Part shown: positions 41,950-54,784 of the stretch, in pieces | Position numbering within the stretch: the first letter of the stretch is position 1 | How the letters are laid out: every line of letters starts with the position of its first letter | Assembly (NCBI RefSeq): GCF_009914755.1 | Contig: NC_060927.1 | DNA length: 64,000 bases | Source of the DNA: the human T2T-CHM13v2.0 reference genome, Homo sapiens | Reading direction: 5' to 3' (one strand) | The notes under the pieces: generated by a model | Database searches by the model: none | What the model was told of the DNA's origin: nothing | The model's input: only the letters and a program-made list of their open reading frames with translations | Translations under genes and position numbers: made by a program

Positions 41950-43430
41950 TATTCAATAATGTATGGTTAAGAAAGCACAACTCTGTATACTATAAATGGT
42001 GTCTTGCCCTAGTCCTTGACATGTAATTATGTATCTCAGGGAATATCCCATTTTAGTAGATATAAAGATTATTCCTTATTTTGACCAGCTGCCAATTATT
42101 CAATTTTACGGATGTAATATAATTTAGCTAGTCTACATTGATGAGCGTTTAGATTGTTTTTGGGGTTTTGCTGTTATTAAACACTGCTGTGATGAATGAC
42201 TTGTACACATGACCTCATAAATATATGTTTGTGTGTGTCTATGGCACATTTCTAAACATGAAATTCCTTGATGGGTGAGTATATGTTTTCAGTTTTGATA
42301 GATGTTTCTAAATTTCTGTCCATGAAGGTTCTACCAAGTTGCATTCCCAAGAGCCACATATAAAAATATGCTTTTCTGGCCGGGGCATTGGCTCATGCCT
42401 ATAATCCGAGCATTTTGGGAGGCCGAGGCAGGCAGATTGCTTGAGCTCAGGTATGCTAGACCATCCCGAGCAGCATATTCAGACCTTGTCTCCACATACA
42501 ACACAATAATTAACCGTGTGTGGTGGTGCGCACCTGTGGTCCCAGCTACTCAGGAGCCTGAGGTGGGAGTATGCTTGAACCTAGAAAGTTGAGGCTACAA
42601 TGAGCCATAATCATACCACTGCACTCCAGCCCGGATGTCAGAGTGAGACCCTGTCTCAAAAAAAAAAAAAAAAAAAAAAAAAAGTCCTGTTCTACAGCCT
42701 TGCCATCAACTTAAGACACATTTTCTGTCTTAGCATTCCATCTAACAGGTTTGTTATCTCAGTATAGGTATATTTCTCTAAATAAAAGAAAGGTTAAGAA
42801 TAATTTTATGTGTTTAACGGCTGTATTTTTCTCTAAACCAGCTGTTTATACTGTTTACCCATGTTTCAATCTGTTGTTGGTTTTACTTTGTGACTTGTAT
42901 AGCAAATGAATTTGTCCTCTTTCTGTAATATGAGTTGTAAATAGTTTTTGTCATTTTTCTTTTGATCTTGTTTAGATTTCTTTATATGCAAACATTTAAA
43001 AATTTTGCATAGTTGAAATAAAATCTTTGATCTTTCTTTGTATGCCTCTGGACTCTGTGTCATACTTAAGAAACTTTTCCATTCTGGTCTTATAAATTTC
43101 ACCATAATTTCCTCTAACACATTTGTGGTTTCTTTTTTGTTTAGTTATTTTTATCTCTCAGGTTTTTCTTTGCTCTAAGGTAGAAATTCAACCTTATTTT
43201 ATTTTCTAGATTGCTAGTAAGGTTTTTGAGCACTATTTTTTATTATAAATATTTTTCTTCTTGATTTGAAATGCTGCACCTACTATATATTAAATTCCTA
43301 TATTTACTTGGTTCTACTTTTGGATATCCTATCTTGTTCTTTTGTTCTGTGCACATACCCCCAAATTTCATATATATATGTGAAATAATATAGTTATATC
43401 TTATGTAAATATATAAAATGATACTATATA
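41950..43430 (-). mobile_element. L1ME-like remnant
   Basis: Degraded antisense L1 3'UTR/ORF2 motifs (ttgatgagcgtttagattgtt; gtcatacttaagaaac). Confidence 0.6.
42378..42683 (+). mobile_element. AluJ SINE
   Basis: gattgcttgagctcagg...gaggctacaatgagcc, long poly(A). Confidence 0.92.
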
Positions 43431-45589
43431 TAATATTCACATAGGCTTAATATTTGTTTAGGATGCTTTTCTCACATACACATTTATGTTGAGATACAAA
43501 CCTTGAATTCTTTCTTGGATTCCTCAGCCTTTAATTTCTTTACTCTCTGCTTTGATTGTTGTCCCATCTTGGCTGGTTTTCCCTCTGCTCTTGGACATGA
43601 ATGAAACATCACAGTTTGGGGCCCAGAGCTTACTTCCTGAGTGGCCCTGAAGGGATGGATAGAGCAGCCTAGTAGCTTGAGAAAGTTAGTTCCCTGTAAC
43701 CAATATAATAGGAGAGAGAGTCAGATAAACCTCCTCTCCTTGCAAACCATCCATGTGGACTTTGTGGCTTGGGGTGAAATGTAGCCAGTGGGATAAAGTG
43801 CCAGGTTGATGCCATGGGCATCAAATCTATTCCATATTCCAAAAAAATGATAAGGCAGAAACACTTAAATTTGCTTTTTAGGTAACATTGTAACACTCCT
43901 TGTTTTATAAGCTTTATGATGATATTAGCAATATGCAATAATGTTTCAACCTGTGTATTTACAAAATAAATATTTTATGAAAAGTTTGGATAGTCATGTA
44001 CATATGATTTGAATGTCTAATTCTGAATATCTCTTGGCAGGAACAATTTGTGTATGTCTGGGTGCCACAATCACAATGCCTTAGCAAAAATATTTGCTCT
44101 TCCTTACATCCCATAATTATCATAGCTAAGACATTCTCCATCTTCTGTTCAATGGAAAGATTTGCCATAGTTGCCCCTATTTCTCATAGGTTGGGTCATG
44201 TTCATTGATCTTTTCCTGTGGGTTTGACATCAAGCTAGACGCTGAGAAAGGATGAAACATGGATTTAATAGGAAGTATAAGATACTGCTTATCTTTTTCA
44301 ACAGCGTGAAGGATTGTGCTAGAGAGTTGACTGAAAAGGAAGTGATCTGAAATTTTAATATGCCTGTGGCTTTTGTCTCATGAAATCACTTGCTACAGAT
44401 ACTTACTTGTGGTATTTTGGTTTATGTTGTGGTAAACAGTGATGCTAACTGAATATCGAGGAAGAAAATGCTGGATTTATCAATAAATAATTTTCTTTTA
44501 TAATGAAAAATATATGCATTTTACCACTAGGGCTGATTGTATTTAGCTCATATTCTAAGGCAAGTGATTTATTTTTAAATTGTTCCTCTGTTTTCATATT
44601 TGACTCTGTGGAGTTGAACCTTTGGAGGAAAACTTATTAAAGGCATACTCAGGTGTTTGCTTTTTGAGAAAAAAACAAAGATTTCCCATGACATGCCTGA
44701 GAAAGTATGTTATAAGATGAATTATAATAGCCTTACATGTAGTTTTGTGACAGTGACAAGAAGAAAAATGAAATTTAACGTTCTGAGGCAGCTGAGAAAT
44801 TATCAGATGGAGGGGCCGCTACACGCTTGTATTTGTTATTATTATTGTACATGGCTTTGCAAGAGAGCTTGAAAAGATAAGTTTTCCAGAAAAGGCTGCA
44901 TTGTCCTTAGGTGTTTAGGATGATGGTTACAGTGATTGATAATTATAGGTATTGGTGGTGAGTTTCAAAGCCATTTCTGTGTTATGGTGACAACTCTCAA
45001 GTAAGGGACAATATGGATTAACCGGACATAAATTCCTTCCCATCTCATGTTAGGTTGTGTCAGTCCCCATCATCTGGTCCTTAGAGCCACGTTCCAACAC
45101 CCTCTGTAGCATTACTTCTATGTTTTGTGTCCATATTTACCATTATTGATATTTATCTACCTTACCACTTTACAATGATAGGTTGGTGGGCAGTCTCACT
45201 TGGTCACCACAAGGAATCCACTCTTATTTTCAGCCAATCACCAGTATACCTGGAATTCAGGATGTACAGTTTTCCTTACCCTTTTATAAGCTATTTTTTT
45301 AGTTGCTACCAAGCCTGTTTTCCATAGGCACCTGGAAGTCCCTCTCCTTTGATCTCTATTGCTCCTTCATTTTTACCTTGCTGTGGCCCATAGCTTCGTC
45401 ATGCCCCTTTCCTTGTGTTTAAGCCTGCAAAACTCTTTTCATGGTTTTGCTCCTTGTAAATGTACAAGGGACCCAGTTTGACCCACAGGTACCCATTGGT
45501 TATATCCCTTCATAGTATAACCTTGATGTGTTATTACACCAAAAGACCTTGTCACCAACAGGGATGAGGATGCCAAGGAACAAAGCAGG

Positions 45590-45728
45590 TAGGATTCTTG
45601 AACCTTTATATTCTCATAATGTGTGGCTATAAATCCAGAAGGCAGGACCTGTCTTACCTGTGTGTGACCAGCGTGCAACATTTTTTATGATACATAGTGA
45701 GGCTTCTTCAATGTTCAGTTGACCTGAG
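45590..45728 (+). mobile_element. L2 3' remnant
   Basis: gaaggcaggacctgtctt...tacatagtgaggc...aatgttcagttga. Confidence 0.5.
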
Positions 45729-46639
45729 CAAAATATTTACCTGTATTTTACTATTGAAGGAAGACTGGCTATGCTTATTAATTATACCAACTTGTTCCAA
45801 GTCTCTTTGAATAACATTTAGCAAGGAAGGGGTTGATAGGTGATAGTCTTTGGCTATGGAGCCAAGACAAGATCCCTAGATGATTTAGGTTCCTAATATT
45901 TTCTATTTTGGTCCTTTACTGTCTCATCAGAATCAATCAGGAAGTTTTTGGATATTAGGAAGACTGGGGAAAACATAGTATTATAATATGTTATCCCTTT
46001 TCTCAAGGCATTTAAAGCTCTTTTGGAAGACAAGAAAAAGTGACCAATGCAAGATGGTCCCATGCTGGGGAGCTAAGAAGAGAAGTTGTTAGTTTGATGG
46101 AAGGGCTACATGAAGATGCAATTAGTGGAGGGGCTTGGGGGAAAACACAGCATGGATTAAGAGCACTGGGCAAGAAAATCTCAAGATTTATCAAAAGGTG
46201 GTCTATTTTCATGTTTTTTTTTCCTAAAGCAACAATGCGATATGAAAACACAGCTGGTGAAAAGTGATGGTCCTTACTAAATACTATAAATATTTATGAT
46301 TTTTATAAGTTGTATATAAAGGACAAATGCATATAACAAAATTACAATATTTATAAATATTATAAACAATCCCATTAAGAAAAGGAATAAGTAAAGACTC
46401 TGTGAAAATGCTTGAGACAGGACTATACTATGATATTGGTAGGCTGGTTCATACTCTTTTTGATGTTGGCTTACAAAGTGATTTCAGATGGTAACAATTC
46501 CCTAACTGGGGGCAGGGAAATTGTTTTAGAAAGTCTTATCTTTTGGGAGGGTGATCAACTTTCATATATTTTAAGGAAATAATTATTCTGGGGTTACTGG
46601 AAACACTATTATGTGATGGAATATGTTAAATTTCTATAG

Positions 46640-46785
46640 AGATTCTAGGCCCCAGTTCCCCCATTTGTTAAATGGAGTAGTGCCTACTTCAAAGGTTTGC
46701 TGTAAGGATCAAATATGTTACTACAGAGAGAGCTCTTAGTGCAATACCTGGTAGACAGTAAACTCCTATTTAATGTTAGGTAGCA
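46640..46785 (+). mobile_element. MIR SINE
   Basis: ccccagttcccccatttgttaaatgg...tgtaaggatcaaat. Confidence 0.75.
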
Positions 46786-47129
46786 ATGCCATTAGTTTCA
46801 TTCCTAGGGCCGTGTTATCTCGTCTCCTTTGAGATCTAAGGTAGGTATCCATAGATAATGGTTAAAAACATTTGAAACATAAATTGCAAAAATAGTTATC
46901 TCAAGAAGGGTTAGTGCCTTACAGGAAGATAAAGAAGGAAAGAAATGGAACAACTTAGGTCAGAAAGCATGCAGTTCAGATTGAGCAGCTACCTATAGAC
47001 AGTAACAAAATGTGAGCTGGTAATCTTTTTCAGGTTATCAATTATCTAACCATCCTTATAATTTTGACATTTCAGAAAGCAGATCCACTTTTTCTTTTCA
47101 GTTTTACCAATAACTGTTTTTTAGGTAAA

Positions 47130-47197
47130 ATAATGATAGGTAATGTTTGTTAAGCATTTACCGTGTGCGGGGCATTAAGTGGTTTATGTATACCATC
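47130..47197 (-). mobile_element. MIR 3' piece cut by L1
   Basis: taatgtttgttaagcatttaccgtgtgcggggca. Confidence 0.6.
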
Positions 47198-48862
47198 TTT
47201 CCAGAGCATTTTGCATTTCTAAAAGTGCGTCCAAAGTTTCCTGAATTTTTTATTGTTTTTTTCTTTAAGCTATCTATTTCCATGAATGTTTTTCTCTTCA
47301 CTTCTTGTATCATTTTTTTGGATTTCCTTGCATTGGGCTTCATCATTCTCCGGTCCCTCTCTGGTTAGCTTAATAACTAACCTCCTGAATTCTTTTTCAG
47401 GAAAATCAGGATTTCTTTTTAGTTTGGATCCATTGCTGGTGAGCTGGTGTGATTTTTGGGAGGGTGTTAAAGAGCCCTGTTTTGTCATATTACCAGGGTT
47501 GGTTTTCTGGTTCCTTCTCATTTGAGTAGGCTCTGTCAGAAGGAATGTCTAGGTCTGAAGACTGTTGTTCAGATTCCTTTGTCCCAAGGGGTGTTCACTT
47601 GATGTAGTACTCTCCCCCTTTTCCTATGGATGTGGCTTCCTGTGAGACGAACTGCAGTGATTGCTGTTTCTCCTCTGGGTCTAGCCACCCAGCGAGTCTA
47701 CTCGGCTCCAGGCTGGTACTGAGGGTTGTCCACACAGAGTCCTGTGATGTGAACCATCTATGGATCTGTCAGGCGTGGATTCCAGCGCCTGTTCTGGTGG
47801 AGTTAGCCGGGGGAGCGGGGAGTGCAGTGGACTCCATGAGGATCCTTAGCTTTGGTGGTTTAATACTCTATTTTTGTGCTGGTTGGCCTCCTGCCACGAG
47901 GTGGTCATTTCCAGAAAGCATCAGCTGTAGTAGCGTGGAGAGGGACCGGCAGTGGGCGGGGCCCTAGAACTCCCAAGGTTATATGGCCTTTGTCTTCAGG
48001 TACCAGGCTGGATAAGGAGGGACCATCAGGTGGGGGTTGGGCCAGGTGTTCTGAGCTCAGACTCTCCTTGGGCAGCTCTTGCTGTGGCTGCTGTGGGGGT
48101 TAGGGGTGAGATTCCCAGGTCACTGGAGTTGTGTACCTAGGAGGGTTATGGCTGCCTCTGTTGAGTCACACAGGTTGTCAGGGAAGTGGGGGAAAGCCAG
48201 CGGTCACAGGTCTCACCCAGCTCCCACACAAACTGAAGAGCCGATCTCACTCCCACCATGCCCTCCACCTCTGACAGGCCAGAGTCTGTTTCCAGGCAGA
48301 GGGTGAGATGGGCTTGAAAATTTGCCCGAGGCTATCCACCTCCCAGCTGTGAGAGAAAAGGGCTTTAGTTCTTCCCCCGCCTGTGAAGTCTGCACACCCG
48401 ATTCACACCCTCCCCCAGTTCTGGCCAGGAGGCTTCTTGCCCCATTCAAATTGTTACAAAGTTCAGTCAGAGAATTCCTTCTTTCTGTGGAGTTTTACCC
48501 CCTGCTCCTCTGGCCATCCTCCCGATGGATCCCTGTGGTGCCAGGCAGGAGTGGGCTGCTCAGGGACCCAGCAAGTTCCCAGGGCTTTTCTGCTGCTTCC
48601 TGTACCCCTGTATTTTGCTCAGCTCTCTAACTTGACTCAGCTCCAGGTAAAGTCGGAAACTTCTCCCGTAAACAGAACTTCAGCTTCTCCAGTGGGGGCG
48701 TGTGTTCAGGAGAGGAGGGTCTCCCTTTCCCACTTCCACAGTTGGGGCACTCACAGTATTTGGGGTGTCTCCTAGGTCCTGCAGGAGCAGTCCGCTTTCT
48801 TCAGAGGGTCTGTGGGTTCTTGCAGTTGATCTGGAGCTAAAATTCACAATGCAATCCTCTGC
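47198..48862 (-). mobile_element. L1PB-type 5'UTR plus start of ORF1 only
   Basis: GC-rich 5'UTR; ORF 47270-47521 MRRNQKTNPGNMTKQG...PEKEFRRLVIKL is an L1PB ORF1 N-terminus. Confidence 0.85.
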
Positions 48863-49599
48863 CCATATTAACATTTTAAATCTTGGGTTGTCAGCTTTGA
48901 ACACTTGAGAAGGTTTAGTCTAATCACCTTTATGAACAGAAAAGAAGACTGAAGGCTAGAAAAGGGAAGTCATTTTCTTGGATACCAAAAAAGAAATATT
49001 TAAATCATGACTCTTAGTATGATTATGTCTAGTATTGAATTTATGATGATATCTCTGGGTCACAGGTTATTGCTAAGACGTGTCAGAAAGTATTTGTAGA
49101 GTATACACAGCTTATTCCACTTGCAATGAGTTTACTTATTTTTACCAGAATTTCTGGTATAAAGATAAAAAAAATCTTAAAAATGAATTAAGAAAAAATT
49201 ATATGACAACATACAACTTAGGATATAAGACTTTTGAGAAGTTATTTTTATTGAATGCTATAAATTATTTTTAAGTCATGATGCTTGATAATAAGCATGT
49301 TACATTTATAAGGAAATAGTGGCAATTTCTTGAACTTACGCTGGTCGAGAAGCTACATGAAAGATTTCCTTCACATTTCTGCTTTAGCTAGAAATGCTGA
49401 GAATTAAGCTTCTTCAATGAAAGCTCATCTCATTCCTTTTCCTTAGCGTGGGAGATCTAAATATCCCATTAAAAAAAAAAGAGAGAGAGAGACAAGGGAA
49501 AGGAAATGAGAGTATAAGACTCAGAGCAATTGCAGAATAGGATATTTTAATGCCCTTTGTACCATAACTTCCAGCAATCCTATCAAGAGAGATTTCATG

Positions 49600-49830
49600 A
49601 GTTATAGTAGATGGAGGGAAGTGCCCTACGGACAGATGAGGTCTGCTTCAGACTCAGACGTGGATTTGCTGTGTGGCCTCAGGCAAATTATTTAGCCTCT
49701 CTAAGCCTCAGCTTCCTTAGGTATGTTTGAAATGGTACTTCTGGTGCCTTATTTTATAGGTTGGTGGTGAGGCTTCTGTCAGAGGATCCTTGTGAATATG
49801 CTATAAAATAGTAGGACATGAGAATTAGAA
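49600..49830 (+). mobile_element. MIR SINE
   Basis: gctgtgtggcctcaggcaaattatttagcctctctaagcctcagcttcct. Confidence 0.75.
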
Positions 49831-50373
49831 ATTACATAGCTAGGCTATAAAACAGTGAGGCCGAATTCTACAAAAGAAGAACTCTAGAGAGAAAAAAATA
49901 TGCTGTGCTACCACTGATTGTCTCAAGTACCGTATGCTCAGTCACCTTCCAAATAAAACTGTGAATAAGGTAGAAAGTGGTGGGACTATTTAACTGGCAC
50001 TGGGAAAGGTATTTGAGGGGAAGTTAGCTTTGAAAACTAATGGCCCTCTGTGTATGTTTCTTTCTTTCCCTTTCTCTCTCTCTCTGTCTCTCATATATCC
50101 TTTCTTGGGTCCCGGATGAGATTTAGATGTGGTTGGTGAACTGTTGGACAGACTTGGAGGAGTCATTTTGCTTTAGGTTTTTGGTCTTGGTTGAAAGAGG
50201 GAGAGAGAGGTTTGTCGAAGTCCTGGGTTGGAGGGAGGGTTTTGGGGATAAAAAGTGTAGCATCTCATTTGTTTTGGACTTGATCCAGTAGACAGAATTT
50301 TAAGGAGAATCAAAAGGACTGGTTTTCATGAGGGACTTTATAAGAACTGGGGGATAAATGGCTGCTTGGCTGC

Positions 50374-50786
50374 AGCAAAAACTCTGTCCTTGACCAAACT
50401 GTAAACAGGATCTTCTGAGCCCTCATTTTGACTAAGCCTCATTCTTGGGCCCTGTTTTTGGCCTGCCTACTCCAGTTGTTGTAAGAATCTTACTAAGTCA
50501 CGTCAGTGTGAATCCCCCACCCTTGATATCTGATCAACCTGGCCTGCCTCCAACAAGAATACTGTCAGTCAGTCTAGCAAGCGTCTTTCTACCCTTTATA
50601 TTTTCTCTTGGTAATATTCTATTCACCACCCCCTCATTCTGCCCCCTGACTATAAATCCCCACTAGTCCTTGTTGTATTGGGGGTTGAACTTGCCTCTAT
50701 TTCTTGTTCTGCTAGTCATAACACCTATTGCAATAGGCCTGAATAATGTCTTCCTTACCATTTTATCAAGTGTTAAACAGATGACA
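50374..50786 (+). mobile_element. MER31 ERV1 solo LTR
   Basis: ccttgaccaaact...gaatcccccacccttgatatctgatca...ctattgcaata. Confidence 0.75.
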
Positions 50787-50789
50787 TAG

Positions 50790-51187
50790 CATCTTAGTCT
50801 GCTTGTGCTGCTTTAACACAATACTGTAGGTAATGTGTAAAACACAGAAATTTATTTCTCACAGTTCTAGAGGTTGGGAAGTCCAACATCAAGATGCTGG
50901 TAGTTTTGGTTTCTGGTGAGGGCCCAGTTTCTCCTCCCAAGAGGGTGCCTTACTGCTGTGTCTTCTGGAGGGGAGAAACACTGTGTCCTCACATGGTGGG
51001 AGAATTAGAAGGAGGGAGGAAAAAAACCAAATGCTGTGTGAAGCCTTCCTTATAAGGGTGTAAATCCCATTCAACAGGGAGAAGTCCTCCTGGCCTGATC
51101 ATCTCTCTCTAAGCCTCCACCTCTTGATACTATCACATTGGCCATTAAGCTTCAACACATGAATTTTGTAGGGAACACATTCAAACT
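50790..51187 (-). mobile_element. MSTD-like MaLR LTR
   Basis: cagaaatttatttctcacagttctagagg...cttcaacacatgaattttg. Confidence 0.8.
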
Positions 51188-52403
51188 TGACGTGAATAAA
51201 AATAGGGAGAGGAGCCCTGAGGTGGAGAAACTCCTCTATTACTTTGAGGATTGGTGGCTTAGGGAGCCCTGGCTAGATCAAATGTTCTTGGTATGGGTGT
51301 TGTTATCCCACGGTAAGTCTTCCCAGCAGTGATAGTGATGAGATTCTTTAGAATGTCTTCCTAGGCAGAGGACGGGGCTGGATCAGGAGAGGGGAAACAG
51401 TGGTGCCTTATGGTGACAGTAGCTGAGCCTGGTCCTTGAGCACTTGTGAGATGGTCTATGAGGGCTCCAGACCCCCAGGGTGAATCCTTAGAGGTGACTG
51501 AGATCCTGTTTGTGCAGGTGAGGGTGAGAGCCAGCAAAGTATGGATTATTATCAGGAAAGTGACTCTATCTATATCTTTATCCCAGTGAAGGCTGGAGAA
51601 TCCAGCCTTTCTCATGAATAAACAGCCATATTTCTGAACAGAATTAGCAGAGAGCAGGATACTTATTTGAGTCTGAAATCTCTTGATGAGCAGCACATAT
51701 GTCCAATCACAAACATGGGTATTTGATTTATAATCAGCGCATCGAGGACCTAGTCCTCTAAGTTAAAACATGAGAGGATGGCACTTGAATGGAAATCTTT
51801 GCTGAGTGATTTATCAGAAGCTTACCATTTTATGAACGGCAAAAGAGAAGAACTGCCCCCTTCACAATCTATGTATAAGTCATCTGGAATTATGATGAAT
51901 TAAGTATTCTTTCTCCTAGTGACAGTAATAAGTGTTATGAGCAGCCTTTAATAGTTAGACAGAAGAGATAAATATCAATTACCATTAGGGGAAGCATTTT
52001 AAAAACCAGCTTCCCAACATTTTCCCATGATGAGGTTAATTATTTATGGCAAAGGCACATTAATAATTTTACTTTATCTCTTTATCCAAGCAGTAAATGA
52101 ACTGCAACACGGAGGAATTCGGACAATCGATACAATAAGAATGTATTTAAAGTACTTAAAGCTTCTGTATTCCCCCCTAAACTCACTTTGTCTCAGTCAT
52201 AACAGTGCTTAAATTAATAATATCTATTTAAACATTTCACTGGTGGGGTGCCTTTATCTTTTAGCAATTTTTCTTCCTGATGGTCAGCCATGTGGAAATG
52301 GCAGCATGCATTATAAGTGCTGCAGGAGCTAAGATGCTAAATTTAGTTCAATAAATTAGGAAACAGGTATAAGTGCATTTCTAGTGATGGCTATTTAAAA
52401 TTT

Positions 52404-52904
52404 TGTAGAAATAAAGACCAACCGAATGAGAAAAGCGAAGGCTGTTTATTCTGAGCTTGCTGTAACAAGGGAGTCAGTCACCATCATCTGCATTGGACAG
52501 AGTCTCAGAGGCAGGCAGAGAAAGGGAAAAGCTTTGCTAAAGTAGAAAAAGAGAAGGCTTCAGGCATGCCATGATTGGAGGCTGCTGGTGTCAGGGAGCA
52601 GGAGGCAGGCTAACTAGAAGCAGGGAACCCTACATGGTTGGTGAGAGATACCTATTTGGGTTTCTCTGGTTGGTCCTAAGTTGGAAGTGGGGACAAAAAT
52701 TTGATCAAGTCCTGGCCATTTTGGACTGATTGTTATGAAAGTTATTGTTTATTTCCTGAATTGTCACTAGACATAGCAATCTGGCTTTCTGCAAGCCTGC
52801 TTTATACCAGGTCAGCACCCTGGGTTGTTTATTGTATATAAGGGGTTGCTTTCCTGGGCAGGTTGCTGCAAGTTCTGGATTAAAGTTCTATTTTTATGTT
52901 GCCA
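52404..52904 (-). mobile_element. Solo ERV LTR, family unresolved
   Basis: TG start, minus-strand AATAAA near 52445, CCAAT-like boxes (gattgg), LTR-like size. Confidence 0.55.
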
Positions 52905-52924
52905 GGCAATTTCCATTTGCATAT

Positions 52925-53160
52925 TAAATCTATTAATTTATTAATATACAGTAAAATTCACTCTTTTTGGTGGACAATATTTTTGAGTTTTGATAAATTC
53001 ATAGAATCCTGTATTTATGGCCACAATCAAGATATGGAACAGTTTCCACCACCCACGAGAAGCTCCTGCATGCTGTTCTTTTGGGGTCAACATCTCCCCC
53101 GACTCCCAACCCCTGCCAACTACTGATCTTTTCTCCTTCCTATCATTTTGCCTTTTCTCT
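52925..53160 (-). mobile_element. L1MC/L1ME-like 3' end
   Basis: atacagtaaaattcactctttt...ccacaatcaagatatggaaca. Confidence 0.7.
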
Positions 53161-53428
53161 CAGAAAAGGTTTCGTTCCATGCACTTGCCTGCATGCCACT
53201 GTTGCTAGCTAGATTGTTAGCCCAATAGTGTGAAGTGGGGGAGTTCTGTGGTTCTGATGAAGGCTCAGTCTCAGGTGGCACCTGTTCCTGGGTCTCTGAT
53301 GCTGCTTTCTCAGTGGTCCTGGTGCATCCCCAGCTGCAGATTTGCTGCTCCTGGGAGAGCAGAGGACTATTTTTCTGTGACTTATTCTCAGCTGCAGTGG
53401 GTTTCCCCAGTACCTTAAAGTCAATGAC

Positions 53429-53700
53429 CAGAGCAGATGTTTTCATTAGTCCTAGTGGTGGGGCACAGTGTCTTGGGCACATACTAGTTTTAGGACTCTT
53501 CCTAAATGTTTTAACTTCACTTTAGAATCATAAGAAAAAACACAATAATAAAGAATGTAGAATAACGTATCCAGCCTGGATTATATTCATCTTTACACCT
53601 ATGAGGTTGTAAAATATCTTTTTATATATATGTTTTGTGAAGGAAGAGGCACACAAAGGCAGAAGTGCCAAGGGTCCACAGAAGTCATGATGTGGCCCAG
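53429..53700. mobile_element. ORSL-like hAT-Tip100 MITE
   Basis: atccagcctggattatattcatcttta; degenerate cagggcc / ggccctg TIRs. Confidence 0.6.
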
Positions 53701-54314
53701 ATGCGAGTGTGTGTTACCCACACCCCCCCCCCCCACCACTTGAAGGCTTCAGCTGCCTTGAAGTTGATGTTCTGGGCAGGGCATTGGGGCTTCTAGCCTT
53801 TCTCTTGGAGCTGTTGTTTCCTTCCTTCCAACGAGTGCTTTCTCAGGACTCTGGCCATTTTTTTTTTCTAGGAGAAAAGCCTACAAATGGGTACAAATTC
53901 CCCTTATATCTGCTACACCTAGGGGTTCCACCTTCTCTCACTAGCCCACACTCAGCCTTTAATAATTTGTTAAGGATTTTAGATAAATTCTTCCTATCTG
54001 TTTCTGGAAATGTCTGTCCCAGGTAAGCAAATGCTAGTGTTCTGCCCTTTCTCTCCTTGCAGGTACCTGTCTTTCCTTAAATTTTGGATTAATCAGTCCT
54101 CCGAATTGTTGGAGAGAGTTGTGAATTTGCCAGTGGTCCTGAGTCTGTCTTTTCTTGTGCTGGAGAGTGCAATGCTTTTTCTGTGGACTGCATCCCAAAC
54201 AGAATTTGGAGTCAGTATAGATCTTTAAATCCCTGTTATCTCTGCTGACTTTTTGGGTGAGTTTCCTGCTGTGTGTGTTTTTGTTGTGATTTCTTTGTTT
54301 TGAGATTTGTTCCT

Positions 54315-54784
54315 TGTGATGGTTGATATTGAGTGTCAACCTGATTGGATTGAAGGATGCAAAGTATTATTCCTGGATGTGTCTGTGAGGGTGTTGCCAA
54401 AGGAGATTAACATTTCCATCAGTGGACCAGGAAAGGCAAACCCACCTTCATATAGATTGTGCCCCTCAATCTGAGTGGGCACAATCTAATCAGCTGCCAG
54501 CACAGCCAGAATAAAAGCAGGGAGAAGAACATAAAAAGACTAGACTGGCTTAGCCTTCTAGCCTAAATCTTTCTCCCATGCTGGACACTTCCTGCCTTTG
54601 AATGGTGAACTCCAAGTTCTTCAGCTTTGGCACTTGGACTGGCTTCCTTGCTCCTCAGCTTGCTGACGGCCTACTGTGGGACCTCACCTTGGGATTGTGT
54701 GAGTCAATACTGCTTAATATACACCCCTTTATATATACATCTATCCTATTAGTTCTGTCCCTCTAGAGAACCCTAACTAATACA
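54315..54784 (+). mobile_element. MLT2A (ERVL) solo LTR
   Basis: tgtgatggttgatattgagtgtcaac...agagaaccctaactaataca; perfect TSD TTCCT. Confidence 0.93.

Noticed and set aside
47090-47130. ttttttAG|GTAAAA as a recursive splice site
   Set aside because: Donor is weak (no G at +5) and no host transcript is established
47626-48908. Cluster of overlapping GC-rich ORFs as a host gene or CpG-island exon
   Set aside because: All lie within an L1PB 5'UTR; few stops are expected at this GC content and no protein family is recognisable
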